Shown one piece after another: positions 26,178-39,700 of a DNA stretch of 64,000 nucleotides (position 1 is its first letter; each line of letters starts with the position of its first letter). The DNA is from Phoronis australis (Eukaryota > Animalia > Phoronida): assembly GCA_002633005.1 (NCBI GenBank), contig NMRA01000555.1, positions 99,514 to 163,513 of the forward strand, read 5' to 3'. The position numbers were made by a program, and so were the translations under genes. The notes under the pieces are model-generated. The model searched no databases, had not been told where the DNA came from, and saw nothing but the letters and a program-made list of their open reading frames with translations.

Positions 26178-26246
26178 TTCAACGTTACTGTACCGTACTG
26201 GTACATGCACTTCAACGTTACTGTACCGTACTGGTGCATGCACTTC
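26178..26246. repeat. 33 bp tandem duplication
   Basis: cttcaacgttactgtaccgtactggtRcatgca x2. Confidence 0.9.
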
Positions 26247-27680
26247 ACTTCAGAAAAAAATCAGATTCCAACCAACTCTTATTTAACCCCTCAATTCAGG
26301 TGAATCTGACATTTGCTGGCACACAATTATGTTACTAGAACATTTATATTGATAGCACCCGCTACAAAACAAATACGACAAAACTCAATGGTAGTAAACT
26401 CCATCTGCTCTGTCCCCTACATACCCAGACATTGATACACTGTAAGGAGAAGAAGACCATAAACAAGACAGAATATAAAAATGATGATTTTCCTCAAGTA
26501 CGACAGTTGCAGATTTTAAAAAAACTTGCCAGGCTACATAACATTTGTCCCATCGCTTAGTGACATATACAGAAACAACCCATCTACATGTACAGCCGCA
26601 GTCTAACATTGTGGGAAGTAGTATTCCTGCGGTATCCCTTCCTTCGATCCTGCCCTGTTCCCAATAACCTGGCTGTATTTAATAAATCTTCGAGTTGGTG
26701 TTCACTCTGTAAAATGCTCAACTATTAAGGTTTATTTCACTTTTTGTGCTTCTTCGTTGCTTGAAAACAACAGATATCTTGGAGAGAGCATAAGGTCACT
26801 AAACCCACATCGGACCAAGAAGGAAAGTTAGGTAAAAGACCAAGAAAAATTGACTGAGTGTTCTAGGGACCAAATGAAGTTCAACAATATTGTTTCAGCG
26901 ATCGGATTCTCACCCACAAAATCCTTATACTTCAGGTTCAATTTTTAAGCCTCAAAAGACCAAAAAAATACTTCAACGAGTCTTGGTCTAATACCACAAG
27001 TCAAACTTTATTTTTATGTTTTCTGCTTTAACTAAAGATAAGTGTTAAGATCCTTTAATTCTGGGCTCAAGTATCCAATGATTTTCTTGGATGATTTTTT
27101 AAAAAATCCTAGTTTACACTTGATGATCATAACATTAAAGCTATGAGTTTTTACTTGAATTCTCGTGTTGTTACCAATATTAGTTCCTAGATACTACACA
27201 GTACACACGCATCTCGATGAACATGGTTCATCAACAAGAAAGGCGGACCACTCCGCTCGACGAAATCCACGTGATGTCAACTCTAGCTCTATTTTTCTCA
27301 TTGGGCTTACTAGCTTCCGTGCGGGAGTTCCTTGGGTGAGGTTGAAGCGCAGCGGCTCTAAAGCTGTCACTCGCGATGCGTTCCGATCTTGGCATGGATT
27401 TGATGATGTGTGGTGGTAGATAATTCGTCAGTATTTCTACCATTGCGGGGGGATGGTTCGAATTTCTCGAACAGTGGACCTTTGATATTTTGCAAACGCC
27501 GACACTGTAGAGGTCTCTGTTAGGCACTTGAAGTAGAATAACTAGGGGTCTCTCAGCTCTAGGTTCCTGAGATACGACAGAATTTGTAATACTAGAAATC
27601 TAGTTGCCGTAACGGTTGCTCCCAAAGGACGCAGCTCAAAGTCGCATGTAATGTACGTAATGTAACCCAGAAAGTATCGC

Positions 27681-29295
27681 GGGCCGTACGGGTGAAAGCG
27701 TCCCGCGTTATTACGACCGAGACTTCTTTTGTATTTTCCGACCCAAATCGATATATCGGATGAGAATTGGTTTGAAGTAGGTTACTTGAGCTCTGAAGCA
27801 GTTTTGCACTCGTAACTTTACACTCATATTTTAGCTCGTAATTTTACGTTCGCAATTTCACGCTCGTATTTTTCCATATTATGAAGTATTCAGAAGGTAT
27901 AATCTCAGGTGCAAAAGGTTGAAAATATCAAAGGCTGACTGAAATGTTTTTACTTGCTGCCCTAACCATCCCAGGCATTTTTAAGTCGTCCGTTTTAGTG
28001 TGTATTGATGTGCCAAAATTTATATCTAGCAGGTTGTCTGACAATGCTTTTATTATTAGTTAAAATTACGATGCTTTTTCATTTATCCCATACGCGTTGA
28101 ATCAGTTGGGTGCATTATGGTCATGTAATAATATTTTCCGTGTTCACCTCCCACACTATTTCAACAGTGACCTCTGACATGGAAAGTTCAAAAGGTAGGT
28201 CAATGTCGACTCGATGTCGTTAACCGGTTCGATCATAAAATTTTCCGGAAATGGTTTAAAGTAATACAATTGTAGCACTACAAATAACACTCAACATGCA
28301 ATCAGGTCCTAATCGTAACATCTGGAACATGACAGTTCTGTTTCAATTGCTAAATATTATATCGTTTGCAACTCAGGCGCCGATTCCTCTGTAATAGCAA
28401 TATTTAAATACTGTTGTTATCTAACAGATTTCAAGAGATGTTACAAGTTCAATGCACAGTTACCGATTTTTCATCTTTGTTATCTCTTTTCAAGTAATAA
28501 GTCGTCACATTTAAAACAGTTTCTGCTACATAAATCTTGCGCCCTAACGCGCAAGTATATGCATATAGGTTGTGATCCGCCACGTGAACAATGTGAGTGA
28601 AGTATTTAAAAGATCTGCAGAAAAAATGAAAGAAACTTAGGAATTCGAAGCGTATGGGGTAAATATAAAAAGTACCTCGCTTGACATTATTCCGCGTACC
28701 GGAATAATGTCTAGTTGGATATTACTTTACCAACGCCACTCTCGGAACATTTTGTATATTTATTCTTACTCTTAACAATGCGTGCAGATGACATATGACA
28801 ATGTAGAATACATTGGTTCAAAACGGTTTTAAGTGTAATAGAATTTCTAAATGTTGGTGGTAAATCGCTTAAACTTAATTCAAGACATTTGAATAACAAG
28901 CCATTTGCACAACAAAACCGAATATCAACTGCGTATCAATGGCTGGTGGTCACGTGGACTCGTACTTAAATATAATGACTATAATTGCTGAAATTACGAG
29001 CAAAAATACGAGCGTAAAACTTCTTTGGAGCTCACGTGACCTACAAACCAACTTTGCAAGACACTCGTACTTGCAGTGAACGGTTGCGCTCGTAAAACAC
29101 AGCAAAATCTTGGTCGTAATCACGAGCGTAATTACACGTATGGACGAACGATGGTCTTAAACACGAGGGAAGTCTCGGTCGTGATCACGATCGTAGCTAT
29201 GGGCGAACAATTTCGGTCGTAAAAAAGAGCAAAATCGTGGTCGTGATTACGAGCGTAATTACATGTATGGGGCGACACTTTCACCAGAACGGCCC
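27681..29295. mobile_element. Non-autonomous PIF/Harbinger-like DNA transposon, about 1.6 kb
   Basis: TIRs GGGCCGTACGGGTGAAAGCGTC / GACACTTTCACCAGAACGGCCC; subterminal tacgagcgtaa-type repeats in opposite orientation at the two ends. Confidence 0.72.
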
Positions 29296-30429
29296 GATCA
29301 AAGAAAGAGAACGTTCTCTAGCTACCTCTTGCCAAACTTTCTAATCAGTCGTGCGTAAAGGAATTATTACACCTGATTGCATTCTGGGACGGATATACAT
29401 AGTTGGGGAATGACTTGACGTCATTGTTTATCTGATTGTTACTTACAGTGCACATGCAAGTTGCTTACGTCGCTGAAGATGGGAACAGACCACTAATCCG
29501 AAAATTCACTACTCCGGTGTAATTTTTATACTTTTGCATGCAAAAATAAATTTCACTTCGGTTATTAGATAAACTTAGTGTTGTAGCTATACTGAAAAAA
29601 ACGTCCGGGTGATAAAACATTCCATGCGCATGCAAAATTGCCGACATGCCTTAAGAATACGAGTACGTACTTACATGTACATTTCAAATAGGGAACAAAG
29701 TAGGCGTGACTGAAAGGTGTAGAGCCGCTTCGCCTCAGCCTCACCCACCGGAACCACGAGCATGCCTATACCGAAACTAAATGTAGTCAGTAGGCTACTT
29801 TGTTCCTGCCAGTCTTCGCATAGTCAGAGAGTCTCATTCAGTCTTATCAAATTTAAACCACTGTTAGGTGCCGCAGCCCTGACCCGCTCCCTACATGTAG
29901 ATGTTGTCCGGCCCTGCTTGAGATTGAGTCGTTACTTAGATTCAAGAATCACAATTGGCAGTAATTGGATCAAAACTCATTTGTGAACAAGATAATCAGT
30001 GTTTTAAGAAATATTCAACTCTTGCACACCCTTTAAATGCTTATTACATGGACACAAGTACAAAGCTTTATTCGTGCCAGTTCCGACTCATTAGCAGACA
30101 ATCAGAGTAATGAAATGTCGGAATTCTAGTTTCGGAATTACAGAATTGATTAAACGCACGACACTTTTCATTGTTGGTAGTCTTTATTCCGTTACGTTCA
30201 TACCTTCGGAACAAAACTCTACCCTCAACTGAACATAACGTAACTGACTTAGGGACGTAATTAAAAGGCAAAAGTATATTTTGAAACATACTTGTTTCAT
30301 TCTCAAGTGAAGATTAAATGACGCAGTAATGCCACCACAGAGCGGATGACACACACAGTTAGACACGGTGGGTGTGAAATACAGCAACAAGAATGACTAA
30401 TGAAGGTGGGTAACAGGAAAGTCACGCAA

Positions 30430-30800
30430 ACACTGTATTGTGCGGCGCGACCGTCTGTTTGCTGCCCATTCAAAACGGGCTTCTCAAATGCAATTAAAAG
30501 GGACTCAAATAATCGCAGCACATCGTGCTCCACGTAGCAAATTTACGTGTTTTCTACAATTTCTTGACCGGTGATTTTACGTTAGTGACATTGCAGAAAA
30601 GGATCTTGTATGGCGCCATTTTGAAGATGCATAGATAACCGACGGGAAAGACTGCAAACCGTTTGACCAGTGTAACATTGTTTGACGTCTGAACGAAGAA
30701 ATTCGTTCATAGGGCATACAAACTCATAAACAACACTACACTGTGCAACGGGGCGGACTTTCGCTTTAGAAATGTTATTTGTAATGACCAAGTTGAAGGA
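30430..30800 (-). mobile_element. Penelope-like element GIY-YIG endonuclease remnant
   Basis: VVYEFVCP...YTGQTVCSLSRRLSMHLQNGAIQD...H, then RLFESLLIAFEKPVLNGQ; in-frame stops. Confidence 0.82.
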
Positions 30801-32279
30801 CTTCCTATTCCAATAATAAATAATATCATCGAGATAATCATCAGGCTTTGTAGTCTCTGTTTTGAAGCCGGCAATACGAAATCCAGTATGTCTCCAGTCG
30901 TTATCTCCTCAGGTAAACGACATTAGTATAACTTAGGAACCTATGTATAACCTACATGTAGTTCAAGCCTCCAACGCATTATCACCTCCGCTACAAACTT
31001 AAAATACAATCAAAGTTGTAATTGCATTGACTTCTTATTTGCAGTCACGTGAATTGACTAAATGAACCTGATAGATGTCGCTTCAGAGCTGCGCTTTTAC
31101 TTTGAACTAACACCACCATAGTATATGCGGACCTTTAAATGATAAATTTGCAGCTGTGACCAGGGTATTGCGACGTGGAGTTAAAAGTAAAACAATATTG
31201 TGACGATGGGGCATGGTGTCATTTCTATAAGCAATCACGAAACAAAATAGATCGGAGTCGTCTGCAATAGTCTCCGTTATGGCACTAATCTAACAAGACA
31301 GTGATTCATTCGTGACGTCACCACACCTTGTGCCCATCATAATTATCAACCTTTGCCAACTGATACTCATTAACATACAAGTAAAAACATAGATTTTTCA
31401 AAAAACAATATTATCATTACAGAACATAAAAAATCACCGAGTCTGGGGTGGTTTCTTTTTTCATTCGTGCTTTCTTGTTTACACTTCATGACGTAATATA
31501 TGAGACCACTGTCTTTTATCGCCAGGTGGAGCCTAACACATTAGCAAATTGCGTAGTGTCCAGTTACATTATCTTTCTGCAGTTGCGCCGGTAGCTGAGT
31601 CTGAAATCTGGGTGATTGATAATTGCTAAAATGCGTCACGCAGATGTTATGGCCCGACCAAACTCCACGCGTGAGAGTAACGCAACTTTGCTCGGAGCCA
31701 CTGAATGTCTGTTGAAGCGTCCGCGACTGCAACGAGAGCAACATCGCGCGATTGAAAATTGTAATCGAACATGTTCCCATTCTTTCCTGCGACGTCAACA
31801 TGCGTTATCACGAGGCTTGAATGAACTAATCACAATTCAGTTGGAATTCCACTGAACATTTACTATACAAGAATCGAAACTACAAAAAACAACAATAGCG
31901 TGGTGGGTACAATATAATTTGCACGTGCCTTCATGCTGAAGACAATCTTTGAGCACACAGGTTAAGAAACACATGTAAAAGGAATACCAAATCCCTCAAC
32001 TAAAACCACATAAAGTAAATGTATGCATTGTTCGTGTGCAAGAACCCGTACCGCACTTTAAAAAGCTAATGAATGAGCAGATAAAGCCATTTTGTGGACT
32101 CACAATAACTATAACTGATAACAACATCCATAACAGATAGCAAAGAATCTTGAGCAAGCAAAAAGTCAAATTAATTGTTTGTCACGGCAAAACATCTCTC
32201 TACTTGGCTTTGACAGAGTTTTCGATTTTGATATTTGATTTTGTCAAGGCATGGTGATCTACACGAACCCTGCAGAAAT

Positions 32280-32430
32280 CAGTGGCTGATTCAAGGGGGT
32301 CAAGGGGGCCATGCCCCCTAAAAATTTCCCAGGTTCCATTTGGCAGTTCGGGGGTGCGAATATCTGACGGGTAAAATCCTGACTAATATTCTGCCTTGCC
32401 CCCCAACTCAAAATCCTGTATCCGCCCCTG
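32280..32430. mobile_element. hAT-like MITE
   Basis: cagtggctgattc...gtatccgcccctg termini; internal part is the reverse complement of 61675-61835. Confidence 0.7.
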
Positions 32431-34700
32431 AAAGCGCATGGATTGGAAACTAGAATGCATCTGCATCAATGTCTACAGTAAATTCCAAAATATATTTTCA
32501 AATATTATGAAGTTGGGAAAACGTACCTTAAACAACGATCCGACGTTTTTTCTTAACTTTTGTTACAAAATGGGTAACGCACGAACATCATTCAGTTGCG
32601 TAATTTGTACGATGCGGGACTGGTCCTTTGTTTAATTTTACACCTGTTATCTTGAGTGAATCGCAGAACACGAGCCAGTCACCTTTATTATTACATATTT
32701 CGTTCGACATCTTGTTTCGTACCAGACAACATTCCATAGGGAAGTGTATGGGGTTGTAACCACCAATGACCCACTCTATTCTATGGCCTACGGTTTGCCT
32801 CTATGCGCAGCTTATCCGTCTGTATTTGAACCAAAATGAAGGTTAAGAGCTCTGAATAGAGGCAGGTTGTTGACCTGAAGAACATTTAGTTATTGGGTTT
32901 GTAAGAGAGATCTGGAACGGGTTAATAAACGGGACGAATCACGTGACCAAGATTTGCATTTCAGGTGCGGTTGTAAATATAACGTTTAAGATCGTGTAAT
33001 CCCGGGTAAGGGTCAGAACATGCATGTATAGTGCCTGACGCCAGGCGCAGATGGCTACCTCGGCAAATATCACTTGTGGCAAACAAAGTTCAAATTTTGA
33101 TGACCAATCCACTGAGAAAACAGGTTAGTCGTCAGTTAAGACTCGATAAGACCTTTCAAGAATTGGGTACAACGATGCAGTTGCGTTACCGGTGCATGTA
33201 ACAACACTAATACCTGAAAACAGTTTTATCAGTTGTTATCTTGAAAGACCAGGGTGTCCGTTTACGCGTGTGTAACCCAAGTCAATCAATTCTGATTGTA
33301 TACAGGTATGTTTTCTTGTTAATAAATGACTCTCTTCCAGTCTTTTGCCGCGCACTTAGACATTAAAATTGCATCTACGCCTTTGCGATGCCTTGTGACA
33401 ATTAAAACGAGTATTTTTGACCTATGGTTACGGAAGACAGCTGGGGAATGGGTTAGATCTCGTGTCATTGCAAACATTGTGCCGAGGATCAATGTATTCC
33501 TCTGCACGTATACTTTCCAAATTGAAATTTCATCGTGATAGACCTCTCGAGTGGCCACCGGGAAGGTCGAAATTCACGAACGCATTGAAATTTTGATCAA
33601 CGACAGCGATTCACTTAAAAGGATACTAAACCCTGTTTTGATGATTTCAACCAGTCCCCCTTCTGTCGGCTTGCTAATGCATCAATGGCGTCAATCTTGA
33701 ACGATGAAAGCAGGAATCAATTAAAAAATCATACACACAACTTGGGTAATATTTCCTTCAATTTTAGGGTAATCTGGGATTCCAGAGCATTATTTTGTTT
33801 CAGAGAATTTTGGTTCCAGAGTCGTTTTTAATATCTGTTTATAGGCCAAAATACGTTCTGATACATGTATCCTTTTAAAGTAGTTTCATTTAGAGCCCAG
33901 ACGGAACTATCATGTTTCAAAAGCGGACACAAACTTGCTTTCAGTCACACAAAATAGTTTGGACTACCTACGGTTATGAAACTAATCTTAAATTGTTCCT
34001 TGATAAAAATGGATTGGCTTTCAGGGCTTGAAAAGAGGGACATGTCGTCTTAGCTTCACATCGGGCTCTATTAGTTGATATTTCACGACTTGTATTTTTT
34101 CGTTGTGCACTGTCTTGAAAAGTAAGAGACAGTTCAGTTCAAGATCAAAAAATCACTTCTCATTTGAAACAGCAACCAAGTTGTGGCATAAATTGAAAAG
34201 TTTCTTCGGCGGAACGCGTGTTTATTGCCGCTTTAATTGTCCTGAGCATAGGCGCGCACCATATTTTCAGTGGGTGAGCGCAGGCCTCAAAATACATCGG
34301 GTACAGACCAGAATGAACAGTCCTACTTTGATTTGTTGCTGAGGTCCCTAAAATTGCGTCACGGCCATTTTGCTCTAATTATCAAATTTGCTCATTTTTG
34401 CAAATTGCCAATGAAAACAGGTGTTATGACACACCTGTGTTCTGGCCTTCCTAGCTCCCACGCACCCGGGTTCGTTATCTGGAACGCGTTCCACTTTTAC
34501 ACCTGGGCTGGGTTGCATAAAACTAAAAATAATACGTTGGATAAGTTTGATAGTTGCATGACGACAGGCGCATTGTTCAACAATCGCAACGTGACCTGTC
34601 ATAATGCGTCACCATTGTTGCTATGCAGCGTATAACTTCTTTGCAACTGGGCCCTGAACGTACATTAATCACTAGGTCACGTGACCTTAACAGTAACACT

Positions 34701-34852
34701 GGCTTGCGTCCAGTAGACGCTAGGACCTCCGCTAGGACCTAGCTAAAACCTAATCGAAGTCACGTGTTCTTATTTAAAATACACGGCAATATCTCACGTA
34801 ATCTCCCGAAGTCTTGCTTTTTGCGAGGTCCTAGCGTTACTGAACGGGAGCC
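34701..34852. mobile_element. About 150 bp MITE (copy 1)
   Basis: TIR ggc..cgttcagtaacgctaggacct; an inverted copy lies at 55711-55862. Confidence 0.8.
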
Positions 34853-36587
34853 TTGTATCGGTCTTTTGTTTGCACAGACGTCTTCCGCGAACATGTACAC
34901 CAAGTACTAACTGATGTCAAAGGTAACACGTTCGACACATATCGATAGCCTGAAGTAGGGCACTGTGTCAAATTGCCATTTATCGTCGATTAATCATTTT
35001 CAAAATCTTGTATGTTGGATAATTTAAATACCATTAAAAGAGTACATTTTTTTTTGGTATGAAAGTCCACATACTGCAATAAGTGCGGTTTCGTGTACTC
35101 TAGCTGTTTCACTGCAGATGCTGTTTTGTGCAACTCATGTGAAAAAGATTACAACAATTTAGGCTTCCGGTGAAAACTGGCGCTATTTGAAAGGCCGAGA
35201 CGAACACACCAGGCACGTTTACACGTGGCCTGTCTGTCAATCAATTCAAATCCTGCCCCAATATTTCAGACTCAAAGAACCATTGTGTTCATCGCTTCAG
35301 TCTGGCAAGTGAATGTTAGCTCGTAATGGTTAGCTGTAATTTCGAAGTTTTGCGAACTTGTATTCATAGATGCATGTATACTGTATGTGAATTGAATTAT
35401 CGAGACTTATGTTTTTCAAAGTGTAAATACTACTTGCATGTAAATGTATAAACCAACAGGAAAATAACTAGACCTCCGCTCGAGTCCAAACCGAATTTCT
35501 GAAAACAAATGCTAACAGATTCGTCGACCCAACGCGTGTTCGCCTTGGAAACTAAGAAAGCATGCCATGAGTAGGCCAAATCTTATGAATTTTTAAAATT
35601 CAAACCCATTTTTGATATTACGACATTCTCATTTCGCGACAAACCGACGTTCTCTGTGAATTAGTCGCAAATGGCCTAGGCTACGTTCCGTAATCTCAGG
35701 GTATAAGCCATTCACTTGCGGCGGGATATCTTCGCCATTGCAAAGAAGCAGTAAATTCAAGACCATCTTAAGAATAACTTTGACCCCCGCTCATAGCCAC
35801 CCAATACAATTGTTCATACTGTGTAAAAATATAAAATTTAATATAAATATAAATACAGTGTAGCAGCAACGACGCAAATTGTAAACAGGTGCCACGTATA
35901 CGTATATTTATCGACAAATATACCGGAACTCCAATAACGATGGGATCAGAAATTAAAAAACCAAATATGTGGCTACCTGTACCATATTGCGTGCCTATAA
36001 AAACAAGTTCAGCAAAGAAATAAGCCCTTTTGGTGGTGCAGTGCCTGATTTCACCTGGGAACTGATACCTTGAATATTTCAGTAGTCTAAAATTATCCGT
36101 CAAGGTGTCTCACATGTGTGCGATATTTTGCATGTTTTTTGCAACTTTCTCGCATTTACCGCCTTTTGAACGTATGCCTTTATCAAGTGCATTTCCTCAG
36201 TAGGCTATTAACTATCAAAAACAAATAAAATGAATTAAACGATTTAATCCAATAAAAGGGGTCTTGTAATATTTTTTACTTGATTTTCGTTACCATAAAG
36301 AACATTAAAACTCTCAGCGACTCAAGAAAACGCTTCGGAACTTATCGGGATTAGTAAATCTGAAAATTGAAAATAAGAAAATGGTGCCTATCGACTTGAT
36401 TAAAATAGTTCTTATGATTGTTTACGCATTTAAATGTTCTTTCATAATGTTATCACAAAATCGCATAACTCGCCTAAAATGTAAATACGAAGCGAATATC
36501 AAAAATAGATTCATACACTTTGCAGGATCGTTTTACAAGGGCCCAAGCAACACTACTAGAAGCATAAATAACTACTCTTTGCTGCAG

Positions 36588-36799
36588 ATGCTCAGAAGCA
36601 GACTTCACGTTTGGTAAAGTTCATACCCTGGGTAACGTGCTGGGCTGTGTTGGTAGCGGCCTCTGTTGCTGGAAATCTGTTATGGGGTGGCGATAACAAC
36701 CCGGCGCGACACTATCAATCCAACGACGTTGACCATACAGGAGAGGCAGAGAATGGTTCCATTCCAAATACAATGCGCAGTGATCCTCGAGTCATAAAG
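36588..36799 (+). CDS. Alkyl sulfatase exon with hydrophobic signal peptide/anchor (LVKFIPWVTCWAVLVAASVAG...DPRVIK)
   Basis: Acceptor ctttgctgcag ends at 36587. Donor AAG|gtaag at 36800 is in frame with the next exon. Confidence 0.7.
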
Positions 36800-39700
36800 G
36801 TAAGAGACGTGGCAGACGAGTCCTCATGAAATGAGTGACGACCGTAGGTACTTAACAGATCCCTCGACCAGTGAAGGCAAGCCTTATCTTTACTTTGGTG
36901 TTACGGTGATCACAAACTAATATAGTTAATGGGGTACCTTTTGTAAATCATTTGTATATTTTTATAGTTTAGTTAAAGTTATTTATAAATATCAGGTCAT
37001 TTAGGCTTAATTGTATTTTATTAAACTATTTTCACTAGTTTGCTATTTGGTTAAACTGGACGTTAATTACTAAACAGCGCACCATTTGGTTATTGTTACT
37101 TTTTGGCTGACGCATGTGATGTTAATGTTATTGATTATAAACCTCGAAACAGAACTATGTACGTTCATTGACACCTGCAAGATGTCGCACTTAGGACCCC
37201 GTTTTGCGACTGATATTTACTCTTTCTAAATATCGAGTCGATGTAAGAAAGTGAAAATGCTCAATAACGGATATCTATACATAATTTATGATCTAACGGA
37301 AGAGTGAATATCAAGAAATTGGCATAAATTCACAAACGAAAAGCCCACTATCATCATTTTTGCAATGTTGAACTCCAACACGGAATATTTTTCCAATTCG
37401 CTGCTCGTGACAGATGAAAATGCAATAACACCAAGAATGGCAGTTAACTGCGGAAGGATGCAGGAGTTTATGATGAGACTAGTATGAAATCGAGATGCTT
37501 AACAAAAAAACAGCTTGCTCTCTACAACACAGCCTGACGCCGCAGTGCTACTGTCACGAATACCAATAAATGAAAAAACTTAGCAAACGAAGGTTTTACC
37601 AAACCTGTGGTCAACTATCATCTATCATATGTACCTAGGTCACAGACGGTGTCTTTGTTGCCATTGGTTACGCATTAGCCAACACTATTCTCATAGAGGC
37701 ACCAGATGGCGCTATCATTGTCGATGTAACTGAGAGTATGGAGGCGGGACGTCAGGCCTACAATGCATTACGTAATGTGACCAACAGTCATGTGAAGGCG
37801 ATCATCTACACACATAGCCACGCCGATCATGTACACGGTTCTATGGTGAGTCTATCTTCGATTACACACTCGCAATTAAAGAGCCGCACGTCACACTGTG
37901 GAAAATTGCAAGACCACAAGGACTTCAACCAGTAATGAGCAGTCCGAGATCCCCAGCCCGCAGTCTTTTTAGTAAAAAGCAAGTGGATCATAGATTTAAG
38001 TAGACAGTGACCATCATCTCTAGCTGGCCAGTAGAGACGATGCAGCTCCTATACGCATATACGCCGGAAGCTTTTCGGCGAATTGTGCCTCACACTGATT
38101 TTAACATTAAAGTCACGCTGTTATACATGTACGTACCTGATACACACACATGTTGAGGGACACTTAAGGGGACCATCGATGTCTTTAATTCCTTCCCGTT
38201 ATCAAACTTTTTTTCGAGCAGTCCTTTGTTCAGTTCCCAAAATCGGAAACTGGCCATTTTTACACAGCGCACGCCTGGGGATATGACGTCATACCACCTT
38301 TCGTGCGCAGTGTTAAAAATGGTTATTTTCCGATTTTGGGAAGTGAACGAAGGACGGCTCGAATAAAAAGTTTGATTACCGGAGTATTTGTTCAAGTTGG
38401 AAACCATTGAAGACATCGACGGCCTCCTGAAGTGTCCTTCTATGCGCAAAAGTTACTTACATTTATAACAACGTGACTTGATATATTTAATCAGCTTGAG
38501 ACATAATTCGCCAAAAAGCTTCCGGTGTATGAAGCGCCAACAGGAGTTCAACTAGAGACGGTGATCACTGTCTAAAATCTAAGTTGTTGCAGTCAAATCT
38601 CTGTTATGAGGTAGTAATAGACAAAGTTGCTTACTTCAGTATCTTCATCTATACTAACGGTAGTTCCTTGTCTGAACGCCACAACTGTACAAAGTTGTAA
38701 CCTACCAAATATTCACGTATTCGCCTAAAATTAAGTTTAAAAAATGTTCTCGAACTGGGATTATAAGAAACGGCTCGGGTTAGTTTTTTTTTTTACTTTT
38801 TGGTTTACAGGCGTTTGTCGACGATCCAGAAGATCGAGAGAGTTATCCTGACGTATGGGCCTACCACACAATTCTAGAGAATCTTCGTAAAACCGCTCTT
38901 CAACAAGGGGAAATAACCTTTATACGTGCAATGCGTCAATTTGGAACTTTCTTACCGTCCACTTCCGATTCTGGCATTGGGCTAAATTTGAAGTACAATG
39001 GTGTCTCCTCCGTTGGTTTCCTTGCTCCTAACAAGTTTCTGGTCGGTGATCAGAGAGATGTTATCATAGCGGGTAAGTTAAACTCTATACACACCTAATT
39101 GAAGCCATACCTCCAACATGTATGTCCCTAAAAGCCCAAAAGTCACAAATAGTACGGTGACACAATTAGCTAGTACAATTTCACGATTTATGACAGCTAG
39201 TGTGTTCGTGTATATTGGAAGATCTACCGACGTACACAGAATCGTGTCTTCATTGCCCTACTTACAACATTACAAGTTACATTTGTTAAAAGAGACACAG
39301 CCATGCGATTCTCAGATATAGTTGATGGTACTGCAGTAGCGTAGCCATTTTGGTTTATTTCTACTGAAAAGCTCCAAGCCTTAAGAAATTGAAGTTTCTA
39401 CAGGGGTAAAATTAGTTATACGCATAGTCAGAATACCGGTATCTGTATTTTCACTTGTAGACTTGATTGACTTTTCTCAGGTCTGCCTCTAAAACTCATT
39501 CACATCCCAGGAGAGACGGAAGATCAAATGGCGGTCTGGATTCCCAGTAAACAAACGCTGTTATGTGGTGACAATTATTATCGAGCATTTCCAAACCTTT
39601 ACGCTATACGAGGCTCCGTCGCAAGAGATCTCATTCACTGGGTAGCGTCTTTAGACAGGATGAGGGCGCTTAATCCGGTTCACCTCGTGCCGGGTCACAC

